Source of the DNA: Treponemataceae bacterium
GTDB lineage: Bacteria; Spirochaetota; Spirochaetia; Treponematales; Rectinemataceae
Direction: 5' to 3'
DNA: 64,000 bases
Assembly (NCBI GenBank): GCA_963667725.2
Contig: CAXXHO010000003.1
Location: 1,888,001 to 1,952,000 of the forward strand
Of this stretch, positions 10,684 through 21,100 are shown piece by piece. Under the pieces are notes generated by a model, which was not told the origin of the DNA, did not search any database, and saw nothing but the letters and a program-made list of their open reading frames with translations. The first letter of the stretch is position 1, and the number at the start of each line of letters is the position of its first letter. A program made the position numbers and the translations under genes.

Positions 10684-11328
10684 TCAGTAGCCCAGGCTTT
10701 CTCCCACGATGATCACCGTAAAATCGGTCATGGCCGGCTTTCTCTTGAGGATCTGGTAGATCCGGCAGCTGCGCATGGGGCCGTCGCAGTCCATGCAGTA
10801 TCCCGACTTGGTGCAGGGATTGGGTCTTCCCAGGCGCTTGTTGTTCATGGGCCCCGCCACTTCCTCGAGCCTCGTGAAGGCGTCTTCGAGGTCGGCCACG
10901 ATCTTGTTCGCGCCGGCCACCGCCACGACCTTGGACGGCCCGAAACACAGGGCGCCCACGCGATTGCCGTTCGCGTCGACATTCACGATATAGCCGTCGC
11001 GGGTGACGGCGTTGACGCTCGATACGAACACGTCGCAGGTAAGCTGACTTCGAAGGGTCGAGAGCCTTTCCTCGGGCGTGATCCCCGGCCTGTTGTGGTC
11101 GAGAAGCACGGCGCCGGCGGCGAGGGCCTTGTCCTGTATTCCCATCGATTTCACGGTCATCGAACCGCCGAAACCCACCTTCATGCCGGGCTTGACGAAC
11201 TTCATGACGAGTTCGGCCGCTTCTTCCCTCGTTTTCGCGTAGACGGCGTCGAAACCGTTCTTGACGAGAGCCTGACAGACACGCTCGCCCCTCGCCTCAT
11301 TGGACCACATCTCAACCTCGGTCATCAT
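10684..11328 (-). CDS. LUD-domain (LutC/YkgG-like) protein
   Basis: GFGGSMT, SVNAVTRDG, NVDANGNRV, GANKIV, C-terminal Cys cluster. Confidence 0.8.
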   Translation of the reverse strand: MMTEVEMWSNEARGERVCQALVKNGFDAVYAKTREEAAELVMKFVKPGMKVGFGGSMTVKSMGIQDKALAAGAVLLDHNRPGITPEERLSTLRSQLTCDVFVSSVNAVTRDGYIVNVDANGNRVGALCFGPSKVVAVAGANKIVADLEDAFTRLEEVAGPMNNKRLGRPNPCTKSGYCMDCDGPMRSCRIYQILKRKPAMTDFTVIIVGESLGY

Positions 11329-11414
11329 CTTCCTCCATGCCAATACTTCAGCGTTTCAACATTGTGCAGCGCTTTGCGGCGCAAATCAAGAATAGTCATC
11401 CACGGCCTTCGCGC

Positions 11415-12188
11415 TCAGGAGGCTCTTTCCACCCAACCCATGCTGCGCGAGACGTCGTGAGCGGCCTTCATGACATGGACGGCCACTTTTTCGGCGTCCA
11501 GATCGGGGCGGATTTCGATGGACCAGGACGTGCTTATCGCGGAGATAATCCTGCCGCGATAGTCCCTGATCGGCGCGGCGACGCAGTTCGTGCCCGGCTC
11601 GGCTTCCTGGTCGTCGCGAGACCAGCCTCGCTCCCGGCAGCGGCTCATGTCGCCGATGAGCGTCGCGAGATCGCCGTGCGTATGGGGGCCGAAGGATTTG
11701 AACTCCTCGCCCGCGAGGAGGAGCCTGATCTCATCGTCGTCCATGTCCAGCATCAGGGCCTTGCCGAGGGCGGTGCAGTAGAGCGGTTTCTGCTGCCCGA
11801 TGATCGCGTACTTCCTCATGCTCGCGAACTGGTCGTGACGGTCGATGTAGACCATCTTGCTGCCCTGCCTGCAGGCGAGAAAGACGATCGTCCCGAAGGC
11901 GACGGCCAGCTCCTTCATCGCGGGAGCGGATTCGGTCTTCAGCTCGAGGCTGTTGAGATACATGCTGCTCAGCTCGATGAAGCCCGGGCCCAGCCTGTAT
12001 TTGCCCGTGTCTTCCGCTTTCCTGGCGAATTCTCTCTGCTGGAGAACGGCGAGAAGGCGGAAGGTCGTGCTGCGAGGAAGCCCCGCGGCGTCGGCGATTT
12101 CGGAGAGGCCAAGCCCCCCGGCGGCCCGGGCGAGAATGTTGAGTATGTCGAATGCCCGATCGAGCGATTGGACTTTCATTTCGGCCAT
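11415..12188 (-). CDS. IclR/KdgR-family regulator
   Basis: VQSLDRAFDIL, GLPRSTTFRLL, PLYCTALGKA, CVAAPI; divergent from kduI. Confidence 0.92.
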   Translation of the reverse strand: MAEMKVQSLDRAFDILNILARAAGGLGLSEIADAAGLPRSTTFRLLAVLQQREFARKAEDTGKYRLGPGFIELSSMYLNSLELKTESAPAMKELAVAFGTIVFLACRQGSKMVYIDRHDQFASMRKYAIIGQQKPLYCTALGKALMLDMDDDEIRLLLAGEEFKSFGPHTHGDLATLIGDMSRCRERGWSRDDQEAEPGTNCVAAPIRDYRGRIISAISTSWSIEIRPDLDAEKVAVHVMKAAHDVSRSMGWVERAS

Positions 12189-12231
12189 GATCGGATTCCT
12201 CCAAATTTCGTTCCGCCGCCTATGGCGCGCC

Positions 12232-12301
12232 TTGACAGGAGCGACAAAAAGATTATCATTAGGCAGGTCTACGTTCTGGAATTATATTCCATATTGTGGA
12301 A
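12232..12301 (+). promoter_or_regulatory. kduI promoter and putative IclR operator
   Basis: TTGACA(12232)-N16-TATCAT; palindromes TGGAAT-TAT-ATTCCA (12277-12291) and TTCCA-N5-TGGAA (12287-12301). Confidence 0.65.
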
Positions 12302-12365
12302 CAAGTACAGGGCCGCCGGACAATTTTTAGCCCCTGGCGCCCGGATTCAACGATGCGAGGTATGT

Positions 12366-13196
12366 ATGGAAATCAGGGAATATGTAAACTCCGAGTACGC
12401 TAAGGGCCTGGACACCGAAGGTCTCCGCTCGAATTTTCTCATCCGGAACGTTTTCGTCCCCGGCGAGATTACGATGACGTACAGCCATGTGGACAGGATG
12501 ATAGCGGGCGGGGCGACGCCGGCCGGTGAAACGCTCAGCCTCGCCGCGACGAAGGAACTGGGCACTACCTACTTCCTCGAGCGCAGGGAGATGGGCATCA
12601 TCAACATCGGCGGCGCGGGGAGCGTCACCGTGGACGGAACGCGGTATGCCGTGGGATCTCGCGACGGATTCTACGTCTCCATGGGATCGAAGGTTGTCTC
12701 CTTCGCGAGCGACGACGCGAAGAATCCCGCCAAGTTCTATTTCAACAGCGCGCCGGCCCACAGAGCCTGTCCCACCAGGCTCGTCACCCTCGAACAGGCC
12801 AAGCACGTGGAGATGGGAAGCGCGGCCGAATGCAACAAGCGCGTCATCAACCAGTTTATCCACCCGGCCGTCCTGGAAACCTGCCAGCTCGTCATGGGCA
12901 TGACGATGTTCTCGGAAGGAAGCGTCTGGAACACGATGCCAGTCCACACGCACGAACGCAGGATGGAAGTCTATCTCTACTTCGACATGCCGAAGGACAG
13001 GCTCGTCTTCCACCTCATGGGCAAACCGGGCGAGACGAGACACATCGTCGTGCGCAACGAGGAAGCGGTGATCAGCCCCAGCTGGTCCATCCACGCCGGC
13101 GTCGGCACGGGCGCCTACACCTTCATATGGGGCATGGCGGGGGAAAATCAAACTTTTACCGACATGGACGGGGTATCCATGGACAAATTGAACTAA
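12366..13196 (+). CDS. kduI: 4-deoxy-L-threo-5-hexosulose-uronate ketol-isomerase
   Basis: YSHVDRMI, FLERREMGIINIGG, WNTMPVHTHERRMEVYLY, SPSWSIH, GENQ; start after GAGG, not at ORF start 11337. Confidence 0.96.
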   Translation: MEIREYVNSEYAKGLDTEGLRSNFLIRNVFVPGEITMTYSHVDRMIAGGATPAGETLSLAATKELGTTYFLERREMGIINIGGAGSVTVDGTRYAVGSRDGFYVSMGSKVVSFASDDAKNPAKFYFNSAPAHRACPTRLVTLEQAKHVEMGSAAECNKRVINQFIHPAVLETCQLVMGMTMFSEGSVWNTMPVHTHERRMEVYLYFDMPKDRLVFHLMGKPGETRHIVVRNEEAVISPSWSIHAGVGTGAYTFIWGMAGENQTFTDMDGVSMDKLN

Positions 13197-13218
13197 ACTT
13201 AAGAAAGGAAGGGAACCA

Positions 13219-13980
13219 ATGATACTCGATAAATTTAAGCTGGACGGAAAGGTCGCGATCGTGACGGGAAGCTCGACAGGACTGGGCCAGGGCGTATGCC
13301 TGGCATTTGCCGAGGCCGGCGCCGACGTCGTCGGCGTCGATTATGTCGAATCCACCGAGACGGAAAAACTCGTGGAGGGGCTAGGCAGGAAGTTCCTCGA
13401 AATCAAGGCCAACCTCATGTCGATCGAGCCGATTCCCGGCATCATCGCCCAGACTCTGGCCGCTTTCGGGCGCCTCGACATACTCGTGAACAACGCCGGC
13501 ATCATCCGCCGCGAGGACGCCATCGATTTCTCGGAGAAGAATTGGGATGACGTGATGAACATCAACGCCAAGACGCTTTTCTTCTTCAGCCAGGCGGCCG
13601 CGAAGCAGTACATCGCCCAAGGATCGGGCGGCAAGATCATCAATATCGCCTCAATGCTCTCCTTCCAGGGCGGCATCAGGGTTCCCTCCTACACCGCGTC
13701 GAAGAGCGCCGTCATGGGTTTGACGAGGCTGATGGCCAACGAATGGGCCAAGTTCGGCATCAACGCCAACGCGATGGCTCCCGGGTACATGGCCACAAAC
13801 AACACTCAGGCGCTCAGGGCTGACGCGGAACGGAGCGAGGCGATTCTCGGACGCATTCCCGCCGGACGATGGGGCACTCCCGCCGACGTGCAGGGTCTCG
13901 CGGTTTTCCTCGCGTCGGCGGCGAGCGATTACGTGAACGGATACACGGTCGCCGTGGACGGAGGCTGGCTGGCGCGCTGA
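13219..13980 (+). CDS. kduD: 2-dehydro-3-deoxy-D-gluconate 5-dehydrogenase
   Basis: SDR with NNAGIIRR, SMLSFQGGIRVPSYTASKS, VDGGWLAR. Confidence 0.96.
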   Translation: MILDKFKLDGKVAIVTGSSTGLGQGVCLAFAEAGADVVGVDYVESTETEKLVEGLGRKFLEIKANLMSIEPIPGIIAQTLAAFGRLDILVNNAGIIRREDAIDFSEKNWDDVMNINAKTLFFFSQAAAKQYIAQGSGGKIINIASMLSFQGGIRVPSYTASKSAVMGLTRLMANEWAKFGINANAMAPGYMATNNTQALRADAERSEAILGRIPAGRWGTPADVQGLAVFLASAASDYVNGYTVAVDGGWLAR

Positions 13981-14004
13981 ACGAGGCGCGATAGGAGGCG
14001 GTCC

Positions 14005-14463
14005 ATGATAGCGACAAACCTTAAGAACATCGAAAGGTACAAAGGCCTGAGCGACAACCTCGACATGGCGATCGCATGGCTTCAGGAAGGACAGTGGAAC
14101 AGCCTGCCCGAGGGTAAGCACCTGATCGACGGCGAAAATGTTTTTGCCATCGTTACGCGGTATCCCTCAAAGCCTGCCGAGATTTGCCGCTTCGAGACGC
14201 ACCGCCTCTATATCGACATTCAACTGGTCGCAGCGGGAGCGGAACTCATCGAGGCAAGGACGGTCGACGGCCTCAAGGTATCTGAGCCCTATACCTCCGA
14301 CATAGAATTTTACGAAGCCCCCGAAGCGGGATCATACAACACGCTCCTGATGGTACCGGGCGCCGTGGCCGTACTATTCCCCGAGGATGCCCATCGCCCA
14401 TGCATAGCGATTGAGGATGTACCCATAGCCGTTCACAAGATCGTGGTTAAAGTGGCGATCTGA
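14005..14463 (+). CDS. YhcH/YjgK/YiaL family protein
   Basis: FETHRLYIDIQ, FPEDAHRP, KIVVKV. Confidence 0.9.
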   Translation: MIATNLKNIERYKGLSDNLDMAIAWLQEGQWNSLPEGKHLIDGENVFAIVTRYPSKPAEICRFETHRLYIDIQLVAAGAELIEARTVDGLKVSEPYTSDIEFYEAPEAGSYNTLLMVPGAVAVLFPEDAHRPCIAIEDVPIAVHKIVVKVAI

Positions 14464-14491
14464 CGACAATTTTTCAAGGAGAATCGATACG

Positions 14492-15541
14492 ATGAATGTA
14501 GTGACGTTTGGAGAAATCATGCTCAGGCTCAAGTCGCCGGGACAGGAAAGGCTTTTCCAGTCTCCGCTCATGGAAGCCACCTTTGGCGGCAGCGAAGCCA
14601 ACGTGGCTGTCGCGCTTGCCAGGATGGGACAGCCCGCTTCCTTCGCCACGGTGCTTCCCGACAATCAGATCGGCAGGGAATGCGTGAGGGAGCTGCGCTA
14701 CCATGGCGTGGACGTCTCCCTGATAAAATCCAAGCCGGGACGCATGGGCATTTATTTCTTCGAAAACGGAGCCAATCAGAGACCGTCCAACGTCATCTAC
14801 GACAGGGCCGGATCGGCGATCGCCGAGATCGAGCCGGGCGACATCGACTGGGCTGCGGCCTTCGCGGGAGCCGGATGGTTCCATATCTCGGGCATAACGC
14901 CGGCGATTTCCAGGAAATCGGCCGACGCGTCGATAACGGCGGCGAAGGCCGCGCGCGCGGCTGGCCTCACGGTTTCCTTCGATCTCAATTTCCGCGCGAA
15001 GCTCTGGAAATACGGGGCCAAGGCCCAGGATGTCATGACCGAAATAGCGGCGTACGCCGATGTCCTCATCGGGAACGAGGAGGATTACCAGAAATCCCTC
15101 GGGATCGAGGGACCGGCGAGCGCGGGCGATGGCGCGATAGTTACGGACGAATATGCCGCGATGTGCGCTCGAGCTCTCGCGAGATTTCCCGCGGCGAAGT
15201 ACGCTGCGGTGACGTTGCGCGAAAGCCATTCGGCCGACAGCAACGACTGGTCGGCGATGCTCACTTCGCGCCTTCGCGAGCGCGAAGGCGCGCGCGAGGT
15301 CGCGATAGTCTCGAGACGTTATGCGATTACCGATATCGTGGACAGGGTTGGCGCCGGCGACAGCTTCTCCGCCGGACTCATCTACGGACTCATCCAGTAT
15401 GGCGAGCCGAGGCAAGCCCTCGAATACGCGGTCGCCCTCTCCTGTCTCAAACATTCCATGTCGGGCGATTTCGCCCTCATCGAACCCGGCGAAACGCAGA
15501 AACTCATGGGCGGCGACGCATCGGGACGGGTACAGCGCTGA
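14492..15541 (+). CDS. kdgK: 2-keto-3-deoxygluconate kinase (PfkB family)
   Basis: TFGEIMLRL, GGSEANVA, SGITPA, DRVGAGDSFSAG. Confidence 0.9.
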   Translation: MNVVTFGEIMLRLKSPGQERLFQSPLMEATFGGSEANVAVALARMGQPASFATVLPDNQIGRECVRELRYHGVDVSLIKSKPGRMGIYFFENGANQRPSNVIYDRAGSAIAEIEPGDIDWAAAFAGAGWFHISGITPAISRKSADASITAAKAARAAGLTVSFDLNFRAKLWKYGAKAQDVMTEIAAYADVLIGNEEDYQKSLGIEGPASAGDGAIVTDEYAAMCARALARFPAAKYAAVTLRESHSADSNDWSAMLTSRLREREGAREVAIVSRRYAITDIVDRVGAGDSFSAGLIYGLIQYGEPRQALEYAVALSCLKHSMSGDFALIEPGETQKLMGGDASGRVQR

Positions 15542-16567
15542 ATGCCGCGGCTTAGGGTAGCGAAGGAAGGGCCGGCCGACTTCAGGACGATTTCGGAGGC
15601 CCTGGCCGCGATAGGCGGCACCGAAACCGATCCTCACGAGGCCGAGGCCGGCCATCGCGGCGGCGATGAAGTCGTCATCTCCGTCGCCGCGGGAATCTAT
15701 CGCGAAAAGCTGAGAATCGAGCGCCCGGGAGTAACCCTGCTCGGCGAAGGACGGGACGCGACGATCATAAGCTGGGACGATCACGCCACAAAACACCTCC
15801 CCTCAGGCGAGCCTATGGGCACCTTCAACACAGCCACCATCTATGTTGGGACCGAGAACTTCATCGCTCGCGACCTGCGCGTCGAGAATTCGGCGGGCGA
15901 CGGGAGAGCGGTGGGGCAGGCGGTGGCCTGTTACGTCGACGCCGACAGGGCGGCATTTTACGACTGCGAATTCCTCGCGCATCAGGACACCCTCTGCCTC
16001 GGTCCTTTGCCCGCCAACCCCCTCCCCAAGGGCTTGAATCCGGTCCATCCCGTCGCGATAGCCAAGGCGGGCGACGAGTCGCGGCCTTTCCGGCACTATT
16101 TCAGGAACTGCCACATCGAGGGCGACATCGACTTCATCTTCGGATCGGCCGCGGCCGTCTTCGAAGACTGCGACATAGTCAGCCTGGAGCGGGGTGAAGC
16201 GGTGAACGGCTACGTGACGGCGCCGTCGACACTTCCGGGCCAGCGCCATGGTTTCGTCTTCCTGGACTGCAGGTTGGGGGGGAATGCGGCCAAGGGCAGC
16301 GTGTTTCTGGGGCGCCCCTGGCGCGCCTCGGCCAAGGCGGCCTTTCTGCGCTGCGAACTGGGCCGACACATAGCCGAATCAGGATGGGACAATTGGGACA
16401 ACCCAGCCAACGAACGCAGCGCCGAGTTCGCGGAGTTCGGCAATCGCGGCGAGGGAGCCGCCGGCGAGCGCGCGGCCTGGTCCCTCAGGCTGGGGGAAAA
16501 GAGCGCCGGCGGCTTTACGCCTCAGGCCATACTTTCAGGCGCCGACGGCTGGAGTCCTTGGGCTTAA
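15542..16567 (+). CDS. Pectin methylesterase (CE8), no signal peptide
   Basis: GIYREK, GQAVA, QDTL, GDIDFIFG, LGRPW. Confidence 0.92.
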   Translation: MPRLRVAKEGPADFRTISEALAAIGGTETDPHEAEAGHRGGDEVVISVAAGIYREKLRIERPGVTLLGEGRDATIISWDDHATKHLPSGEPMGTFNTATIYVGTENFIARDLRVENSAGDGRAVGQAVACYVDADRAAFYDCEFLAHQDTLCLGPLPANPLPKGLNPVHPVAIAKAGDESRPFRHYFRNCHIEGDIDFIFGSAAAVFEDCDIVSLERGEAVNGYVTAPSTLPGQRHGFVFLDCRLGGNAAKGSVFLGRPWRASAKAAFLRCELGRHIAESGWDNWDNPANERSAEFAEFGNRGEGAAGERAAWSLRLGEKSAGGFTPQAILSGADGWSPWA

Positions 16568-16588
16568 TCCTTGAACTAGATTCTCGTA

Positions 16589-18037
16589 CTAGATTCTTGG
16601 GCCGGCTTCCGCGGCCGACAAAGGCCGCGCGGATCTTATCGCGCATCCTTCCTCGACTTGAATGCCGCAGCCGCCGCAGTTTTGGATTTGGACGCCGCTG
16701 AGCGAACAGTCCACATTTTTCAGCCTCAATCCCCTGTGATTCGTTTCTTCGACCTCCTGGTACATTTCCGATTGGCTCACCGGCACGAGATTGTCGCCTG
16801 CCATGGAAATCACGCAGTTCTCTAAAACCAAGTTGCCTATTTTCGATTCGGGAAGGCCGACGATGAAGCCAGCCGAGGCCCGGCACTCCGAAGCCACGAG
16901 ATTCACCACCTTGATATTCCGGAACTGAGGCGTAAGCGGCGAAACCGCTTCGGGAAATTTCGAGAAAAGCGCTGGGGCATCCTCGGCTCGCGCCCCGCAA
17001 TTATAGTAAAGATTGATGGTGAGGGGGGCGAGCACTCTTTCCATCACGAGGTTCTGGAACAGCAGATTCTGGACCTTGCCGCCCCTTCCCCTCCGGCTCT
17101 TTATGCGTATGCCTCGATCCGAACCTATGAAGCGACAGTTGCTTACATCCACATTCTCTATGCCGCCGGCGGTTTCGCTTCCTATAACCACTCCGCCGTG
17201 ACCGCTGAGAAAGGTGCATCCGGAAATCTTGACATTGCGCGTCGGCCGGTTTTCCGCAAGGCCCTGGGGGCCCGCACCAGCCTTGAGGGCGAGGCAGTCG
17301 TCGCCCACGTTCACGACGCAGTCGACGATGGTTATATCGGAACAGGAATCTATATCGATGCCGTCGGTATTCGGGGCATCGCTGGGATTCTCGATCTTGA
17401 CGTTGTCTATGAGAATTCTGCCGGAAAAAACGGGATGCAGCGTCCAGAACGGCGAGTTTTTGAGCGTGACGCCCCGAAGCGTCACTCCGTCGCAGGAGAG
17501 AAACTGGACAAGAGGGGGTCTGAGGAACTGGGTCTCGCGTCCTCCTCCCCCCGAGGGCTGGTTCAGCCCATGGCGGTTGAGGGTTCCAAGCCTTTTCTCG
17601 ATGGCGCTGACCGGCCCCGCCTGTTTCTCAGCCTTCTTCCTGCGATGGGTTTCCCACCAGGCTTTTCCGTTTCCGTCTATGACGCCCTCGCCTATGATCG
17701 CCACGTTCCTGGCATTCTTCGCGAAAATGAGGGGATGCATGGCGTGGCAGACGATGCCTTCCCAGCGCGTCTCGACAGGTTCGTAGCGCTCGGGATCGTC
17801 GATGAAAAGAAGGGTGGCTCCTTGGGCCAGTTCCAGGGTCGTATTGTCAGGAAGCTCGATGGGTCCCGTGAGAAAGGTGCCTGCCGGCACGAGGATGCGG
17901 CCTTCGCCCTTTTTACGGATGTCGGCGAGCAGCCGGGAAAAAACGGGCGAACAGTCCACCAGCCCGCCTGGTTCCGCGCCGAAATCCATTATGTTGTCGC
18001 TGGGAATCATAGACTTGAATTGTCGTTCCAATCCCAT
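16589..18037 (-). CDS. Glycoside hydrolase family 28 (exo-polygalacturonase-like), no signal peptide
   Basis: NTDG, GDDC, GHGG, RIKS catalytic motifs; start may be 18010. Confidence 0.92.
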   Translation of the reverse strand: MGLERQFKSMIPSDNIMDFGAEPGGLVDCSPVFSRLLADIRKKGEGRILVPAGTFLTGPIELPDNTTLELAQGATLLFIDDPERYEPVETRWEGIVCHAMHPLIFAKNARNVAIIGEGVIDGNGKAWWETHRRKKAEKQAGPVSAIEKRLGTLNRHGLNQPSGGGGRETQFLRPPLVQFLSCDGVTLRGVTLKNSPFWTLHPVFSGRILIDNVKIENPSDAPNTDGIDIDSCSDITIVDCVVNVGDDCLALKAGAGPQGLAENRPTRNVKISGCTFLSGHGGVVIGSETAGGIENVDVSNCRFIGSDRGIRIKSRRGRGGKVQNLLFQNLVMERVLAPLTINLYYNCGARAEDAPALFSKFPEAVSPLTPQFRNIKVVNLVASECRASAGFIVGLPESKIGNLVLENCVISMAGDNLVPVSQSEMYQEVEETNHRGLRLKNVDCSLSGVQIQNCGGCGIQVEEGCAIRSARPLSAAEAGPRI

Positions 18038-18138
18038 GAACTGACAATTGTCTTTAATGGTGTCTTTTTGGATTTTTCTGATATCCAGTTATCAGGATTC
18101 ATGAATTTCCATTGACAGATCTCCCCGCTGGCCCGAAA

Positions 18139-21100
18139 ATGAGACAAAAGCGGCACAACGGCACGCATGGAGGAGAAGAGCCTATTCGCCCCGGTAAAGA
18201 TTCCAAAAACAGAAAACGCATCGCTTTCCTCCTCGCCTCCATCCACAGCGGGTCATCCACGAAAGTCTGGCCCGAAATTCTCGCCGAAAGCAAAAAACAC
18301 CAATGCACGCTCTTCGTTTTCCCCGGAGGAAGGCTTGCCAGCCATGATGAATTCGAGTACATGAGGAACGGCATTTTCGGCCTGGTCGGCGCCCAGAGCT
18401 TCGATGGGGCCATAAGCTGGGCTTCTTCACTGAGCGGATTCGCTTCAGAAAAGCAGGTGGAGGATTTCCTGCTTTCCCATATCGATATCCCCCTCGTCAC
18501 CTTCGGGCTCAAGATCAGAGACACTCCTGTCGTCAACATAGACACCTACGCGGGCATGAAACAGCTCGTCTTTCATTTGGCCAAGCGGCATAAACGCGAA
18601 AGGATCGCGTATGTCGGGGGCCCACGCGCCCATTCCTCGGCCGAAGATCGCTACAGGGCCTACCGCGACGCGCTCGGGGAACTGGGGCTGCGCTTCGACC
18701 CAAACTTGGCTTCTCTCGACAATTCATGGACTGAGGGACGAAAGGCCATGCTCGATCTTCTCGACGGGAGGAAGCTTAAGCCGGGCGCCGATTTCGACGC
18801 GCTCTGTGCCGCCAGCGATCTTTTGGCCTTCGAAGCCGCCGAGCTTCTTCAGGAGCGAGGATTCAGGATACCGGCCGACATCGCCCTGGGCGGCTTCAAC
18901 GATACGGACGAGAGCAATCTTTTCTCGCCTACCTATACGACGGTTCGAATGCCCTTCGAGCGGCAGGCTCCGCAGGCTTTCCATATGCTGCTCGACAGGC
19001 TGGACGGGAAAAATCCGGCCGACAAGGTATTGAAGACAAAGCTTGTCATAAGGCAATCCTGCGGCTGTCTCACCGAGTCGGTCCACCTGGCGGGGATGAC
19101 CGCGTCTTCCCGCTGGAAGGGAATGGCTTCGGATGCGGCAGCCGCGTCCGAAGCCGATATCCTTCATTTCGTGGCCGGCGTCGCGGGCTTTACCCCCGAG
19201 GAATCTTCGCTGTACCTCGAACCCATAGTTTCCAGCTTTCTCGCCTGCCTGTCCGGCAGATCGAGAGTACGTTTCCTCAATACCCTCGACACCATCCTGA
19301 ACGGCTTCATTTTCCGGGACGGGAATATCGAGACATTCCAGGATATCCTCTCGGCGCTGAGAATTAGCTGCAGAAGCCGGGCGGCATCGCCAGCGACGGC
19401 GGCCATGTTCGAAACGCTTCTCAGCCAGGGCAGGGTTCTCGTATCGGACGCCGAAAAGCGGATAGGCAACTATAGGGCGTGGAAGGAGAAAGAGTTCGAC
19501 CACTGGCTCTATATCCTCAACCACGAACTGCTCTGCGCCAAGGATTTCGAGGCCATCGTGAGGATAGCCGGACGCTGTCTCCCCAAACTGAATATCCAAT
19601 CAGGCTATTTCGCGCTGAACGGGAAAGATCCCGCTCACAGGATATTCGCCGGAGGCTTCGACGCGACGGGCAACCAAGACGGCGGCGCGAAGATCCTGGA
19701 GCCGAAGGCCAGCGGAAGGCTTTTCCCCTCGAGCCAGATTCTGCCGGAGGACATATACCCGGCCGGCAAGGGGGCCTATATCGTCCTCCCTCTCTATTAT
19801 GAATCGACCTCTCTCGGCTACGTGATTCTGCGGCTCGAGAAAAGCGACGCGTATATATTCGAGGAACTGCGCGCCATGTTTTCTTCGGCGATGCGGGGGG
19901 TCCTTCTTTTCGAGCAGGTGAACGAGGCGCGCAAAAGGGCGGAGAAGGCCGAAAAGATGAAGACGGAGTTCCTGGCGGGCATATCGGGGGAACTCCAGGA
20001 GCCTATGGGTTTCATCTATGGCGCCGCGACCCGGCTTCTGGCGGACGCGAAGTCCGAACAGCGGGAGGATCTGGAAGCCATAGCTTCCTATTCAGCCCGT
20101 CAGATGGAACTCACAAGACATCTTCTGGATTTGTCGCTGGCTCAGGTGGACGATCTCGCCTTACACGGGTCGCTTTTCGACCCGCTGTCCTTTATGGAAG
20201 GCTTCGCGGCGGCATCGAAGGTCCAGCAGCGCAGGAAAAGATGGGGTCTCGTCGGCGCTTCGCCGCCAGTCTGTGGCGTTCCGCTCGCCTGGGGCGATGT
20301 GGCCCGCGTCGCGCAAATCCTGGAAATCTTCCTCGACTGCCTTTTCCGCGATCTGGGAACCCCAAGCGTCGAAATTCTCCTCGGGATTTCGCCTTCAGGC
20401 ATAGGATTCAGGATAGGCGGACGCCCGAGCGGCGAGCGCGCCGCACGAAACCTCGATGAGCTGCGCAGCCTCCTGGAAACAGGTCCCGGAATCGCCTCTA
20501 TGGACAGAATGAAGATTGAGCTGGAACTCGCCAAACGCATCGCCTTTCTCCACGGAGGCAGCCTGCGATGCGTCGGAGACGCCGAGGCCTTCAGTCTTGA
20601 GCTTTGCCTGCCCTACCCATCCATAGAACCCTCGGCGCAGCGCGACGCGTCCGATCGCGGGAGCGCCGCCATCGCGGCACCAGGAATCCTTGGAGTTCTC
20701 GGCGAGCGGCTTCCGGCATCGCTGCTGTCCCTTTTCCCGGGATGGACGGCAAAAAAAATAGGCATAGCCGAAGCCGGCGGTTCTATGGTTCAAGCGGAGG
20801 GAATCTCCCTTCTCTACATCGACCCGGCTTCCATGCGGGGAGAGGCGGCCGCGGCGGCTGGCCTTCTCCTCGACAATGGCGCCTTCCGCAGAGTGGGTTG
20901 CTTCGTTCCCGCGAGCAACCTGGCCTCCGATCCAGCCCTGAGGGAGACGAATTCCGCGGCCGACTGGTCTTCTCTCGGCGACTTCCTCCTGCGCTTCTTC
21001 CCCGCGAAAGCATCCAACACCGTTCTCGTCCTCGGGGCTGCCGAACGTGGCGAAGATCAGGGCGAAAGCTGGGCGATCGGCCTGGAGGGATCTTCGGCAG

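Noticed and set aside
11337..12365. 343-codon N-terminal extension of KduI
   Set aside because: Mostly the antisense shadow of the IclR gene; promoter and RBS place the start at 12366
14474..15796. 440-aa minus-strand ORF
   Set aside because: Antisense to kdgK/CE8, no motifs; expected in GC-rich DNA
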